The notes below the pieces were generated by a model. It had not been told where the DNA came from and did not search any database. It saw only the letters and a program-made list of their open reading frames with translations. A stretch of 63,653 nucleotides of DNA, the filler included, from Rhabdomonas costata (lineage: Eukaryota): the NCBI GenBank assembly GCA_019059605.1. It is 49 parts of 49 records of this genome, joined end to end, with 100 filler letters (N's around TTAATTAATTAA, not from the genome) between each part and the next. Parts side by side here need not be neighbours in the genome. Positions count along the whole stretch, not along the records: positions 62,453 to 63,653 come from JAHMHO010023853.1; 48 more parts are not named here. One strand, given 5' to 3'. Position numbers and translations under genes: made by a program. Of the stretch, positions 63,301 through 63,653 are shown piece by piece (the first letter of the stretch is position 1; every line of letters begins with the position of its first letter).

Positions 63301-63653
63301 TTTATGGCTTCGGCCATGCCGAGACAGAGGAAACTCGACCACAGCAACCGAGCGACAAAGACCGAAGCCGAAGCCCAACATCACACACCGGTCCCATCCT
63401 CCCCCCCTTCCTCGTAAGCACAATGCTCCAGTTTCTTCATCGCTTTAAAGCTTTTTAAGACAGAAAAGCCGACTAAACCGAACAACGCCAAGGCATCAAC
63501 GTCCAAAGACTTCCTCCTTCTTGCACATCGCTAAAATGATCGGGCAAAATGACAGTGTCCGCGTCATGGGTCTTATAGTGTGCCTCCGTCTTAATTTTTG
63601 GGTTATTCGGACTTTCTTCGGGAATGCAAAAAGTCAACTTCAGCCATCCATTT
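63125..63653 (+). repeat. Exact 127-nt direct repeat (63125-63251 and 63527-63653)
   Basis: Identical copies 402 nt apart; the second ends at the contig/window end. Confidence 0.95.

Noticed and set aside
63125-63653. 127-nt direct repeat as an LTR
   Set aside because: Exactly 127 nt and terminal, matching a k=127 de Bruijn overlap; no TG...CA ends or PBS.

Overview
This window is not contiguous DNA. It is a pseudo-scaffold of 49 unrelated contigs of about 1.2 kb, joined by 48 artificial 100-nt linkers (N44-TTAATTAATTAA-N44). Many contigs begin with G/T-only and end with A/C-only sequence resembling the GenomePlex-type whole-genome-amplification primer, so gene neighbourhood across linkers is meaningless. 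The DNA is mostly from an intron-rich microbial eukaryote with short exons and GT-AG introns. Spliced fragments could be rebuilt in frame for RFC1, aspartate aminotransferase, a NEK kinase, an HGN pseudokinase, a UCP4-like mitochondrial carrier, a probable Fab1/PIKfyve and several hypothetical proteins. A LOG-family terminal exon and an intronless beta-lactamase-family ORF are also present. Decayed transposons include DIRS-like, CRE/SLACS-like RLE LINE, DD41D Tc1/mariner and APE-LINE remnants, plus one plant-like CACTA+copia contig that is probably contamination. The best non-coding find, invisible in the ORF track, is a cluster of four paralogous single-hairpin AGA-box pseudouridylation guide RNAs (16972-17841). 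Two of them match LSU rRNA CUAUGAC-U-C-UCUUA perfectly. This RNA type, together with dense cis-introns, points to a euglenozoan and probably euglenid host. I found no convincing evidence of a wholly new biological system.
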